Source of the DNA: Dimorphilus gyrociliatus | Taxonomy: Eukaryota; Animalia; Annelida | Length of the DNA stretch: 64,000 nucleotides | Reading direction: 5' to 3' | NCBI GenBank assembly: GCA_904063045.1 | Contig: CAJFCJ010000016.1 | Coordinates: forward strand, 744,001 to 808,000 | Shown here: piece after piece, positions 13,424-26,813 of the stretch | Layout of the letters: each line of letters begins with the position of its first letter | How positions within the stretch are numbered: position 1 is the first letter of the stretch | The notes under the pieces: model-generated | The model's database searches: none | What the model was told of the DNA's origin: nothing | What the model saw: only the letters and a program-made list of their open reading frames with translations | Program-made: the position numbers and the translations under genes

Positions 13424-16400
13424 TCATCGTAGTTCTCGTCTAACCTCTTCAAGCAGCCTCCTAATGCCATCTATCGTTTTAATTAAACAATTCTAAAGTT
13501 TTAATAGAAAAATACTTACCAGTTGCTGTCAAAGTAAGTTTCAAATCAGATTGTTGGCCACCTTTCCAGCATGGAAATAACCCGCAGCTGACTTTGTACA
13601 TTTCCCCTGTTAATCGATTTTTTTCGAAGAATTAATAGAGTGTTTGTCCGAGAATTTTATTTCTTTATATTTTCTCATCATAAAAGAAGAGTAGCTAAGT
13701 TAATGTTTACTCTATGTAATACGATAGAATCTACATTGTCCAGCCTGTTGGTAGACTCGTGACAACGATGCCAATTGAGCTTGTTTTTAAATAGAATTAA
13801 GCTAGTTGTATTTTATCATGGATTTCTCATTCTTCCATCCTATTCCTAGAAATCTGCTCCCTCATACGCAATACAAATTATGTCTAGCTGAATAGGCCCA
13901 TTAGAATAGACGTCACTAATTCCTTTAGTTTTCTTTTATAAAAGGGTTGAAACATGATAACATCAGTAATCATTTTTCTATCTTTTTATTATTAGCCTAG
14001 TGAAAATCGTCTAAATTGTCTTTTTTCCTTATTATATGAGTAATAAATAGCCTTTTAGTTTTGAATACTTTTTAGTAGTAGCCCAACTGTTCATTGGAGC
14101 TGGAAGCGTTAACTTTTCTCATTCTCTCTCTCTCTCTCTCAGAATAGACTTTTATCAAAATGAACATGTTTATATCTTTAAAAATGATATTAAAATTTGA
14201 TTATGGAATTAATTATGGCATTTTTACATTATATATATTATATATATCATATACAGTATATTATGTTCCCTTACACGCATTCGTACATACACTTGCCTAT
14301 CCTCTCTCTATACTTTAACGATAAAAAATTGGTATAATTTATAATAAAAATATAATATTAATAATAATAACGTCTCACATCCCTCACATGCTTAAACTTT
14401 CAAGGTTGCAAGAGCCTCTTTTAGAATATTTGTAGAATAGGCAATTTTTTTCTTTTTTTTATATTAACTCAGAAGAACGTAAAAACGTTTTATTATAGAT
14501 ATATAATAGAAAAAAGACCTTGGTCTGTTGAATAATACTGAATAAATCAATGTATACAGAAAAAAATAATCATCGATCTTAAATTAAAAATTATCTATAG
14601 GCCTATATATCTAGCATATTTCTTTTATATACATAAATATAAACTCACGCACATGTACACAAAATAACACCACCTTTTACGAAATATACTATAGTTGTTA
14701 TCCTATTTAAACTATTTCTACAAAGTAAACAAGAAAGACATTAATATATTTAATAAAAGTTCTTTTTCTTATTTCAAAAGCAACGAATAAGATTGGAAAT
14801 AGATGAAACGATTCAGGGAAGGATAATATTAATAAATTATAGGGAAATGTTAACAGGAAAAACATGAAATTTGGTTTTTTTTGTGGTGGAATCAAGTGAT
14901 GCGAATAATGCAGTTTCGTCTTCCTTTTCTAATGATAATCAATTTTTGTATTAAAAACCCTGACAATTATCAAGATCTAAAAAGGATTTTATACAAAAAA
15001 CTAATTATATTACTCTGTCAAATATACAATTATTTATTTTTCAACTTGTGTAATTTTCTTCTACTAAACATTTTATATAAATATAAAAATAAAGAACAAA
15101 TAGACATAAATACTACTATGATTACTTTAAACAAATGATATACCAGCACACTTATACTTGTATATATTTAATGTATAAATTCTAGAGGTTTTCTTGATAA
15201 AACAATAGAAGTGAACTTGTACGTCCACCTTCCTATTTGGACTATAAATAGAAAAGAATCTATCACTTTCTTAGTTATTATAATAGCTTAACTTACTCTA
15301 TTGATTGATACACATATAAAGCTGAATAACGAGTCGAAATAGACGTAGAATCACACACACATATATATATATATATATGCAGTGTATATATTCTACCTCT
15401 TTCCATATTCAAAGAGAGCCAAAATCAATTGAAAACGAATTTATTCACTTTTTCTCTTCCGAAAAGATAAATGCTTTGATCCAGGGTTACTAATGCCTGG
15501 TAGAAAAAAATCTCTCTTTCTCTCTCTCTCTCTCTCTATCTGTCTTCCAATCTAACTATCTGTCTATCTAACTACCTGTCCGTCCCTCTAAGTCTTTATA
15601 AATTCTTCAATTAATTAGATTCATTTTGTTAATAAATAAAAATAAGCTTTATATAATTATTGATTAGAATTTAAGGAATTTAAAATTATTCCAAGTGAAA
15701 GAAAGAAAGATTGATAGATAAATAGATATATAGATATATAGACAAACAGGCAGGGGCGGATAGACAGAATGAATAAGAAAAAAAGTAAAAAAAATCGGTG
15801 CAATCGTATTTTTTACGTTGTATAATTACAGCAATAAAAATTTGTCAAATTTGCAGCAGATTTCTTGACATTTCACTTGGAATGATTCATTTTTTTATAT
15901 ATTTTCTTGGAAAGTTTCTATTCATTTTAAATATGAAGGAAATTATAGAGAATTAAACAGGAATAAATTCGTTACAATTGGTAAGACAAAGAAAAATTAT
16001 AGTAGTAATTCGTAATTACATATAACAACATGTATATATCCATATAGTTATTTATATAAATATACTTATACATTAAAGCTATATAGTTAATTATTTAGAC
16101 CTTAAGGTTTCTTTTCTATATAATCAATTTAAATAAGTCAATTTAAAACGATTTAAGCAGGTAGTAACAAATATTGGGAGACTAGATATGATAGGGGTAA
16201 TAGTATACACTAGTACCAACCACCAATCAAATACCTACACACTCTTGCATATTTTTGATTTTCAACATTATGATTATTCACCATAGTCTTGTATGTTTCC
16301 ATATAATGCCAACTTAGCATTTATGTATTTTTTGCATGCTAGTTAGGAATTTATTCCTCTATTTCTTATAATAAGAAATAATTAATGGAAATCCTAGAAA

Positions 16401-19400
16401 GATATTACTATAGTATGTATATGCTATATTCATCTAAATACTGTATATTCATACAATATCTTTAATGAAAAGGTGAAGGTCAAGTTTTTCTATTCTAATA
16501 GAAAATATTTTTAAGTAAAAGGGAATGCTTATACGGATTATTTTAATCATAAAATCGGGATTAATGTCGCCATTATACATCTTAACACGATAATACTCTT
16601 TAACAGAGGAATATTTTATGATACTGGGTGTAGTATTCATTCGGCTGTTTGTGCCTTTGAGCTAAACTATTAATATCTTAAATGTATATATGTTTGTGTA
16701 TATATATATGTAAATATATAATGCATATACTGTATATATACAGTGGTCAAAGACATTTTTCATTCCTAATCCTGTTTTTTTAAGGCTATCTCATGCTCTT
16801 TTTTATCGTATCAATTAGTCAAGAAGTATGTTCCCATAAGACGATATTACCTTTGATGAATGTTCCAAATCTATGATTGCTAAATACTCTAAAATTGATA
16901 TAGTTAAAATCTGGAGACATTGAAAAACACCAGAATCACTTTCAAAGATATGGAAAATTTATTATTAAAAGAGTCATTTCCCCAAACTCTTCTATTTAAA
17001 GAGGATATTTCTAATGAAAGTAACAGTAGATTTATTCTTAATTGGTATTACAATTTCTTATCTTATATAGAGGAAAATCGTCAGAAACAGACACCTCAAT
17101 TGGTGTTGAACGGGTTATCATCTAGAGTTTTATAGAGTCTAATATTTTCCAAAATATTTTTACTATTAGAAAAAAAGTGCATAAGAGCGGTAATTATCCC
17201 TTCTTAAAGTCGAAGTGACGCCGCTTCCAAATATAGATTTATTAAAAGAGCTTCACCTTCAAGTGGGATAGCGTTCTTCACCATAAAACCAAAAGTATTT
17301 TAAAGATTTACTATCTTACTATTCTGTATTTCACCTTGGCCATCTCCATCTTCAATTGAAAATTCCCTAGTTTATGCTTTAAAATATAGTTTATAATAGT
17401 CCACAATTTATTAGAAAAAGAAGACTTTTTGTCTACTATCTAGCTAAATTCTTTAGATAAGAAAGAAAGGGCGCTGATTACCTTTGAAAGTGACCTCTAA
17501 AAAAAGGACATTATAGATATGAGAAATTTCTTTATCCCACATAAATACTGTATATAAACATATATACTGGATTACTTTATGATATTCGAGTTTTTCGCCT
17601 TTCTTTAACCCATTTCCTTTCTGCTAAAAGATATTTTTGTTCGCTTCTCTTTCCACGTAACGCCACCTCAAAATATCTTTCAGCATTGAAACGCATTTCG
17701 GATAACACAGTTGAATAGGCTTATAATACCCATATATACACTATATATATATACATAATCTTTTTATTAGATATATTAGGGGAAGTCAGGACAGGACGAG
17801 GATAAACAAAGGTGCTTGTTCTGTCTCCTCTCATCCCCTCTTTATTATTTTTAACTTATTAAGAATTCTATCCCTTTCCCCTCAATATTCTTCCTACCTA
17901 CAAACTCTTTTAATTTTCTTTCATTGTGAAATGTATAATTCATAAACTCTAAGTATATTTGAGAAGAAAAGAGGCTGATAATTTCCAAGGAATATTATTT
18001 ACTTATATGCCTCTTGTTTCATTTGGTTCGGTTTTATCAGTCTTTATATAGAAAATATAGTTGATATAATAATAAAACCAATTTGACTTACTGTAATTCT
18101 CGTTCAACAAGCCATAAATAATTGGATTCGCAAAACTGGCAACGAATATCAAGACCTCGCTCACGACTGAGAAAGTCATATGAGCTTTAACCAGAGAGTT
18201 GTTCACATCACTTGCGTGATACCAGTGAAAGACTTCAACCGCATTAGTAATCTCGTAGGGAGCATGACAAAAGATAAATAGGATGACTATTGCAAGTACA
18301 GTTTTCCTCATTCTGGCCGATGTTATTCTATTTGATTTTCTTGAAATATGTAAAATTCGCCGCATTACCATGGTATAACAGGCGACGATAACTACAACTG
18401 GCAAGCCAAGAATAAACATTAAATCCAGTATAGTAACAGCTTGTAAAGTAGAAGGAGGCATTTCCAAAGAGCATTTAAATGACGAGTTAGTCTCCTTTAA
18501 AGTAACTCTAAAGTAATAGAAATAAAATCTTCCACCCTAATAAAGACTGTTGACAGAATAATCAAAACGACAAAATAACTTAAAGAATTAATTCTTATTC
18601 ATCTTTTTACAATAGTATTAGTCCAAGTCTTATTAAACAGAGTCTTTAGTTATCTGTCAATTTGAATGTTAGTTTTGTAGTTATTACCATTATTAATAGC
18701 TTTATTAGAATATTTTGTTAATATAAATATATACAGGTACTGTATATTTTAATTGTACAATCGCACTTATTACAAGCTTCTTCACCTTTCTTTCTCTTCC
18801 TTTTACAATTAATAGTTATGTATACACACGTTCTGCTCAATAATGGATTAACGGGTCAAAGAAGGGGATTAATAGTCTATAACTTTCTTCTGATCAATAA
18901 AGAATTGAGTTTTATTGTACAAGTGTAAATAAACTATTTTAGAAATGTCTGTTTTAGAGACTTGCCGACTAATTAAAATTCAATAGAATAGATAACACTT
19001 TATAGTAAAATTCTGAGAAATTATGAACGTTAACCCTCAAATAAAATGAATCACATGTATAAATTAATTAAATCATGCTTCAAATGTCTAGAAACTAAAT
19101 TATTAGTTTACATGTTTATATAGATTTTTTATATATACTGTATATAAACATTAGTGCACTTTGCCTTTATGATTTTTACCTTTTTACTGGTTAATTATAT
19201 TTTATGTTTTTAAACAATTATTTCTCTATGCTAACTCCCTCTGTCTGTCTGTCTGTCTGTCTATCTCTCCCTCTCTCCTTCTCCTTCGGATCCGTAGTCT
19301 AAATAAATGTATATGAAATATATTGATTTCTCCAATAATTAGTATTTTACTTATTACATAGAACAGCTATGATAATGAGAAAGGCAGTTAGATAAAAAAA

Positions 19401-20741
19401 AAAGATATGAAAAGAGACGTCGAGGAAGGATGATTGACGTTTTTTCTCTCTCTCGGGTAGCGCCTATCCTGGAAAAAATACCTGAGGTCGCATACTTCGC
19501 ATATAGTAACTAGTTTTGACACGTTCGCTCTTTTAACATACAAAATTTCTTTTTTCTTCTTCTATTCATCCCCCTAAGTATTTATCTTTCAAATACTTGC
19601 TATCCTCTATTCTTTACCCCCAGTCTATCCACTTACCTATATACATTATAAAAGTATAGGGTATTTATACACATTATATATTTTATTACGTAAGAAGGTT
19701 GTTTAGTTTCCCTTAGATTGTCTTTATCATAATCCTAAAAATACATACCTATATAGAAGAATTTTTGGTTTGTAAAAGACACTTTATAATTTTCGTATAA
19801 ATCGTTAAAATTATAAAAATATGGTTGTCGGCTGAATGTTTATATTAATTTTTTCTTAATATAGACTTTATATAGCATGTATCCATATAATGTTAACAGT
19901 CTGTTATAGTAGAAGATCAATTAATTTCCAACTACTTAGTTTGTTTAATTCTCTTTCTCTTGACATAACTTTTATATTGCATTTCTATCTTAGTTTTATT
20001 CCTCCTTCTCTCGCCAATCTCCTACTTCTTATCTATCTACTCAACCACATCGTCTTTCTCGTTTCCCCTCTCTTTCCCTCCCTCTAAACAGTGTTTTTCT
20101 TGGAATAATGTAAAATGCATCACAAATTGACCTAATTAAATAGTGTTTCGTCCTATAGGAAAAGATGCGTAATAGAAAAATATGCTGGTATTATAGGGTA
20201 ACAGAAGTAACGAAGTAAAAGAAAAATATTTCTCCCTTTTATAATAAAACTTTAGAGTTACATTTAATCTTGTTTCGCCGTAGTAAAAATAAATAGTAAA
20301 AATAGGCAAATTAATAAACCATATAAAGCTTATGACAACTTTACCAATGCTGATCCTCCTCCAATGAGATTTTGAAGGATATGTCGCCATCAAACGATCA
20401 ATAGTTAGTACAATTAACGTGAAAACGCTTACAAATTTTGTTGAATGGAAGAAGGCATTCGCAAATCGGCAAACTAATTCTCCAAACATCCATTTATGAT
20501 GATAAGTTGAATGAGCATAAAAGGGTAGGACACTTACAAATAGTATATCGGCAATTGACAAGTTTAAGATATAGTAGTTGGCAACAGATTTCATTCTTAC
20601 ATGTTGCAATCGAGTGATGGTAAATATAAGAAGGCCGTTAGTGATGAAGCCCAAAAAAAAGGTTAATAAATGAAATGCAACAACCGTACTTGCCAATTTC
20701 ATAGATGATGACGGTTCTGTAGAGTTGTTAGCAACAGCCAT
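13424..20741 (-). CDS. Somatostatin / allatostatin-C / opioid-family-like class A GPCR, 4 coding exons
   Basis: Exons 20741-20262, 18494-18092, 13606-13520, 13470-13424 join in phase. Motifs: GFITNGL, ANYYILNLSIADILF, WMFGELVC, LTIDRL, ECL2 Cys, FCHAPY, ANPIIYG, helix 8 NENYREMYK plus Cys. The exon 2 acceptor and C-terminal frame are uncertain (see findings). Confidence 0.85.
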
Positions 20742-20806
20742 CCTCAGTGTTAAAACTATAAATGAGACACTTGCCCTCTCTGTCTCTCGCTCTCTCTTCT
20801 CTCTCT

Positions 20807-20846
<40 letters not shown>

Positions 20847-20904
20847 TTTCTGTTCGTCTCTCACACTCTCTTTTTCGCTTGCTCTCCCTTCATATATGAA
20901 AAAA

Positions 20905-20915
20905 TAGGTGGCGCT
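20905..20915 (+). promoter_or_regulatory. CTCF-like core motif TAGGTGGCGCT upstream of the SSTR-like gene
   Basis: Matches the CTCF core (YAGRTGGCRC), about 165 bp from the ATG in otherwise AT-rich DNA. Confidence 0.5.
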
Positions 20916-21871
20916 TTAAAAAAAAAAAGCGAAAAAAAAACTCCTCCCTTTCTCGTCACCTTCTCACTTTTTTTAACACTTATATATCTACAGTATAAAA
21001 ACTAATTATACATAGAAAATTTCATACTAAATCTGTCCAATTTTACTTCAAGAACAAACAAACTATTTATGCAGCTGACAAGAATTTTGATACTTGTTTA
21101 CGAATAATTGAAATATTTATAAAAGAGGAAATTATTACAACTTAATTCTAATTAATCATTTTCTCCCTCTTCGAATATCTTTACACCTAATTGTAAATCT
21201 ACTTTAATATGTTATAGAATTAGAATAAATTTCCAACATTTTCTTGCTTATTATTCAATCATTCATACAAGTTTGACAACATTTATTAATTTATCTACAG
21301 AAATTTCTTAACATTATACAAAGTGTTTGTTTCTTGTTTTTTTACTTCCTCTTTTTTAACCTTTAGTTATTAATGTAGAACAAAACTAGTCATAAAAAAG
21401 AAAGGGAAGCATAATCTGACATGAGACCTTGACATTGATTGTTCAACTAATTTATCATCATATACTCTTGGCTAATATATTTAATTTAAAGTATATTAAA
21501 TCCCTTTATTACGTTTATCCAAGAGATAAAACGGTGTTATATAGATAAATTAGGGAATAAAACTTGTTTTAATAAAAAAAGAAACGCACCTGGAAAATTA
21601 GTATCATTTTTTTGAACCAAACAAGAAAAGTAATTAATGAAAGTCTTCTCTTTTTTTATTAATAAGTTTCTTTAATCTTAAAAGAATTTCAACAATTCCC
21701 AATTTTTCAGGTATATCTTTTTTATAAGGAATTGTAAAACAGTTAAAAAATTATTTTACAGTATTATAAATTCGCTTCCACAGGTAAATCTATCGATCTC
21801 TTTGGAACAAATAAATAAATATGAATTCTTTCATTTCAAAATAAACACATCATAATATTAATTTACACTCA

Positions 21872-21906
<35 letters not shown>

Positions 21907-24900
21907 TTTCTTCCTTTCATTCTCTTTTCTTCTTTACATATACTCTATTTACAAAACAACTGCAGTAAAGCTTATCAAGCTTGTTTTATCCGTATATTTA
22001 TTCTCTGCATAAAGTTCTGACAGAATCAACGAATGTCTTAAAACGGGATCAATTTTCTTTAAGTTTTTGTTCTGGTTTTTGTGAGTGTACGCTAGCTAAA
22101 CGCTGATTATAGCAATATACTAATGTATACTGAAAAGGAACTTTTGAAAGAGATATATAATTCAACAAAAATATTTAAATAATTAAAGAATATACATTAT
22201 TTTATATACTGTACATACAGTATAATATGTATAGTATACATCGTCGGAAAGAGTATAATGCGAAGAGGTAGTACTAAGCCTAATTAACAGTATTTTAAGA
22301 AGACTTTCAACTGTTTAAAAAAGAATGTAAAACATAAAAATGACTTTTGTGAGTTTGTAAAGAAACGTCAACAAGCATATTTTTACAATTTGTTCTATTT
22401 TATTTTATTTCCTATTCTTTTTCTTCTCTAGTTTTCTTAGATTGAACTAGATCTTAATGGAAAAATGACAAACATAAAAGACGTTAAATAATATTGAAAA
22501 AATGCCTAAAGGCTCTTTGGTATTTCTATTATATAATATACTGTACACACACATATATGCTGTATACTGTATATACAGTATTTATACTATGAAAATGTTT
22601 TTCACCTTAATGTTTCTTCGTCTCCATCTCTTGAATTCTCTTTTATGCTTACAGAGTAGCCGAGAAGAGACGACTATAAACTGTATAACAGGATAAATCT
22701 GCTCCTCTTTTTCTAAAAGATACTATCAGATTACATTTACTTTCAAGATAAGGCATAAAATAAAAGTAGGCGAATAAAATCGTTTACGTGAGGCTTTAAA
22801 TTTGGTTAAAAACAAAACTAATACTGTTCAAGTGACTATTTTACATGCATAAGCAGATATATGTATATATATAGTTCGTTAAGGGTACTTCAATATGAAA
22901 AATACCAGTTTAACCTTTAAAGTGAGATAGGTAAAAATAGATCTTTTTTCATAGTGTAATAGAATATTTATTATGAAGTAAACGGGACGTAATAGGAGGA
23001 AAATATCAATTTCATCGTATTTTAAGGTAAAAATTTGTCAAGTCAAGTATATTTGATGAAATAAATTAAGAAAATGGAAAAAATTTCTCCATGCAATAAC
23101 AACAACAAAATCTCTGTCATTTCATATGAATTCTTCTAACAGGACTGACTGATGGTGTTTACTCTACTTATGTAGAACCTTCTTACGTTAGATTATCACT
23201 GAAAGGAAGCCACTAAAAGTAGCAATAGCACAGTTTGACTCCCGTGTTAAACTCGAGACTACACTTTTTTCGCCAGATCATAAACAAAAATATTTTTAAA
23301 GGCTAATGGACCTCGAAAGAATTTACAATATGAACCAGAACAAGACCTAATAATTACCATAGTTCTACATAAAAACGAGAAGGAAACTTACTTCCGTACA
23401 AAAGAATTTTATTCTTTTCTTTCTATATTTTTTTCACAACAACTTCCACGACTGAACAAAAACTATAATAATATCTGATCACAGTTTTCTACTATTAATA
23501 TCCTGAGAATTTCTACGAAAATACAATAATAAATTTCATTTCGTAAATTATAAAATCAATTTGATAACGGGAAGAAAGAAGAAAAATATACAGAAGAGGT
23601 GGGATAGATGAAAAAAGGAAGGATTTTAACGGTATGATTAGTATAAGACAGGTGATAAACTGCTAGAAAGAAAGAAAGGAGGAATGTCCTTTACATATTC
23701 TTTTATAGATTATTTCCCTTTTTTTTTAAAAGAAAAATCAATTAGAGAAACATGGAAGGATGACTTTTTAACTCTTTTCCGGCTCCAGTAAAGTTCCTTT
23801 TATAATTTTTCCTTCTCATTTAATGCTTTCTTATTTTGTGATTTAATATAATTTACTTCTACTAGATACACTGAATATATATTGTATATATAGAACTTTT
23901 TCTAGATAGAGTGTATATTAATAGGCATATGCTGGTATATAAATATAGGGACATGTACATCGGAACGGAGAGAGATAGAATAGAAAGTATATTTGTTTTG
24001 GCACAAATGAAAACATAGAAATTAGTATATTCCAGGGGTATAAAAGATCAAAGGAAAGAGACTGTTATTTCAGATGAAATTGTTACTATTATAAAAATTA
24101 AAGACTTACGAATTGTCACCCTTTTCCAAGCCATTAGTTTTTTATTCTTTTTTTTTTTACTTTTTTCTTTGATTTTACTAAAAAGGGACTTTTCGAGAAT
24201 ATGAAATGCAAAATAAACACCAAGAATGGGTATATGTCTATAATATATAACAGACGAACAGTAGAATATATGTATATATACCCCCGCTCATCTTGTTTTA
24301 TTACAAAGCGGTATTTACTCGGTAAAGATACTTAGGAAAGACAAATTAGACAGGAAGATCAATCAGATTATTCTATCTTTTATTTAATTTCAAAGCACTT
24401 AAAATATACATAACAACTCTAAACGATTGTTACATTCTTTATTTTACGATCAGACAACTATCCAAACATATTTGAAGGCTATTGTCTGGGGAAAAACTCG
24501 AGACGTCGTCTCTCAAAGTAAAAAGATCGACGGGACGTAATTGATTACTAGATATTGTTCATTCATTTTGAATTAGATATCTCGTTCCGAACCTAAATTA
24601 ATTATATAAGTCTTTAAATCGTTTCATTTAATTAAATAGCATGAAATTTCATCGAAATGACGTCATCATTTGACATGATAATATTCTATTTATGATTTAT
24701 ATATATATATATGAATGTACTATAAACAGTCTATACAATACAGTTAATAAAGAATCGCTGTGTCACGCATTTTTGACATAAAGCTATTTATAGAGAGCGT
24801 TTCTCTTTTAAATACTTCATAGCAGAAATTGTTAATAAAGTGCATATACTGAACCAAATCGACTATGTAACAAAATTGATTGTTCTTCTATAATATATAG

Positions 24901-26740
24901 ACTAAAATATAAACCATATATTTATATATGAACAAACTGTAAATGATTTTTATAGTGCCTGTATCGGTATTATAGGATTTTAGCTATATCTAATTTTTAT
25001 TATTCAATAACCTTGTATAACAATTAAGTCAATTTTTCTTTCCATTATATCATATAAAATTATATCTTTTCAAGTTTTCTTCCTTCTCTTCTCCGTTCCT
25101 TATCTAACCAAATACTCTACAATATTCTTTAAATGGAGTCACAAGAGTTAAACAACCTTCTTTTTGAAGTTTAACGATAATTTGGAATCTTACACTTTGA
25201 AATGTAATCCAATAGGATATTGATAGATTTTTTTTCTTTTTTTACAACGATTCCCATTATTATAACGATAATTCAACCGCAATGAAGAAAACGTTATTTA
25301 AAGAAAGTGGAAACTATCTTTCACGTTATTCTAAATTCTTTTCGCTTGTCTATAATTAATCAAAGTAATAATATATTTTATATGAAAAGATAACTCAAGC
25401 GAATCTATCAAATCCAATTGTCCATTTGAGACCAGTTATTATAATTAGTATCAAACAACATGCACATTACCTAATTGAACAATGTTATCTAAGTTATTGA
25501 GATTTTTTTCATTCTATCAATTTCCCTTGTTTTGTTCAGTTTATCGTAAGGATTAGTCGCTAAATAGGTAAAACCATGATAAAAGAAAAGTCCAAATTAT
25601 ATACTATATATGTGGTACAAATATCTAAGGCTTTATGCATGCATTAATGAAATTAATGAATAGCAATTATATAGATATGAATTCAAGTTAATCAATGATT
25701 TTTTAAACAATAAATCTTTTATACTCAGTGGAACGACATAGATATAAATTTATATATATATACTGTATATGTTTTTACTATACATAGTATATAACTGATT
25801 TCATACAGTATATTCTCGTCTTCATTTCATCACCTTCCATCTTTATTCCTCTTCAATAATTTTCTTTAATAATTAGAATATCCATTGCAAATTAAATAGT
25901 AGGTTAAATTTCTTCTGGTATAGAAACAGGACATTTATAGAATTTTAAAATACATTGATAGATGGACTCTTTTAATTAATAGTAACAAACTAGATATTTT
26001 TTAATATCATGTTGAGTAGATGGTATATTATTTTTTAATGACTGTAAACACTCACTTAGAAGTTATGTAGATGGAGAAAGTGAATATTTCATTATAAAAA
26101 ATGCCTAGGTTTTATTATTAGTGTAATAGTTTACGAAATTCGAGTACGAAATATGACTGCCTCTTCAGCTTGAATGCTCCCTTGAAGAGATCTAGATTAT
26201 TAAGAAATCAAGTTTGGTAAGAATAGAAAAATATACTTTTACACTTTTCTTCCCTCTCCCTTCCCAACCCCCATTCAAAATCTATAGCTTGAATAGTTAG
26301 TAATCATAGATAAATTGATTTTCGCACTAATTTTTTATTACCTATAAGTAAACGGTATTGACTTTTCCAGATTTTTGTAATTGAAGATAGATAGATAGAT
26401 AGATAGAGAAAGAGTATGAGTCAGCGAAAAGATTTGAATTAGATTATTTATACTTTGCCAAACGCCACTCAGTTATGAGCATGATGATAAGTCTTTCCTC
26501 CTATCTTTCCAACTCCAATCAACTCTAAAAATATTCCCATTTGTAATTTAAAATAACGAATATTTTTCTTAAATTGCACGTTTTGTTTCCCTTTCCTCAG
26601 GTTATAACGGAGCAGTCTAACAAGGTTGAGCAATAAAGTGTCTCAAGGCTTCCTCACAGTTGAGAGGCTATTATAGGTTTAAAAATGTGAAATCTTGAGT
26701 ACTAAGCTGCTCTCTTAAGAAGTTTAAGTTAAAAGGAAGA

Positions 26741-26754
26741 GCGAGAGAGCTAGA

Positions 26755-26803
<49 letters not shown>

Positions 26804-26813
26804 AGAGCGAAAG
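26741..26813 (+). repeat. (GA)n microsatellite, one of many
   Basis: Long AG run; similar tracts near 2461, 6686, 20775, 33267, 41557, 43565, 55190. Confidence 0.95.

Noticed and set aside
20742-20864. RERE-rich N-terminal extension of the SSTR-like ORF
   Set aside because: Encoded by a (GA)n tract; an acceptor (tttatag) and ATG 20741 followed by N-glycosylation sites fit better.
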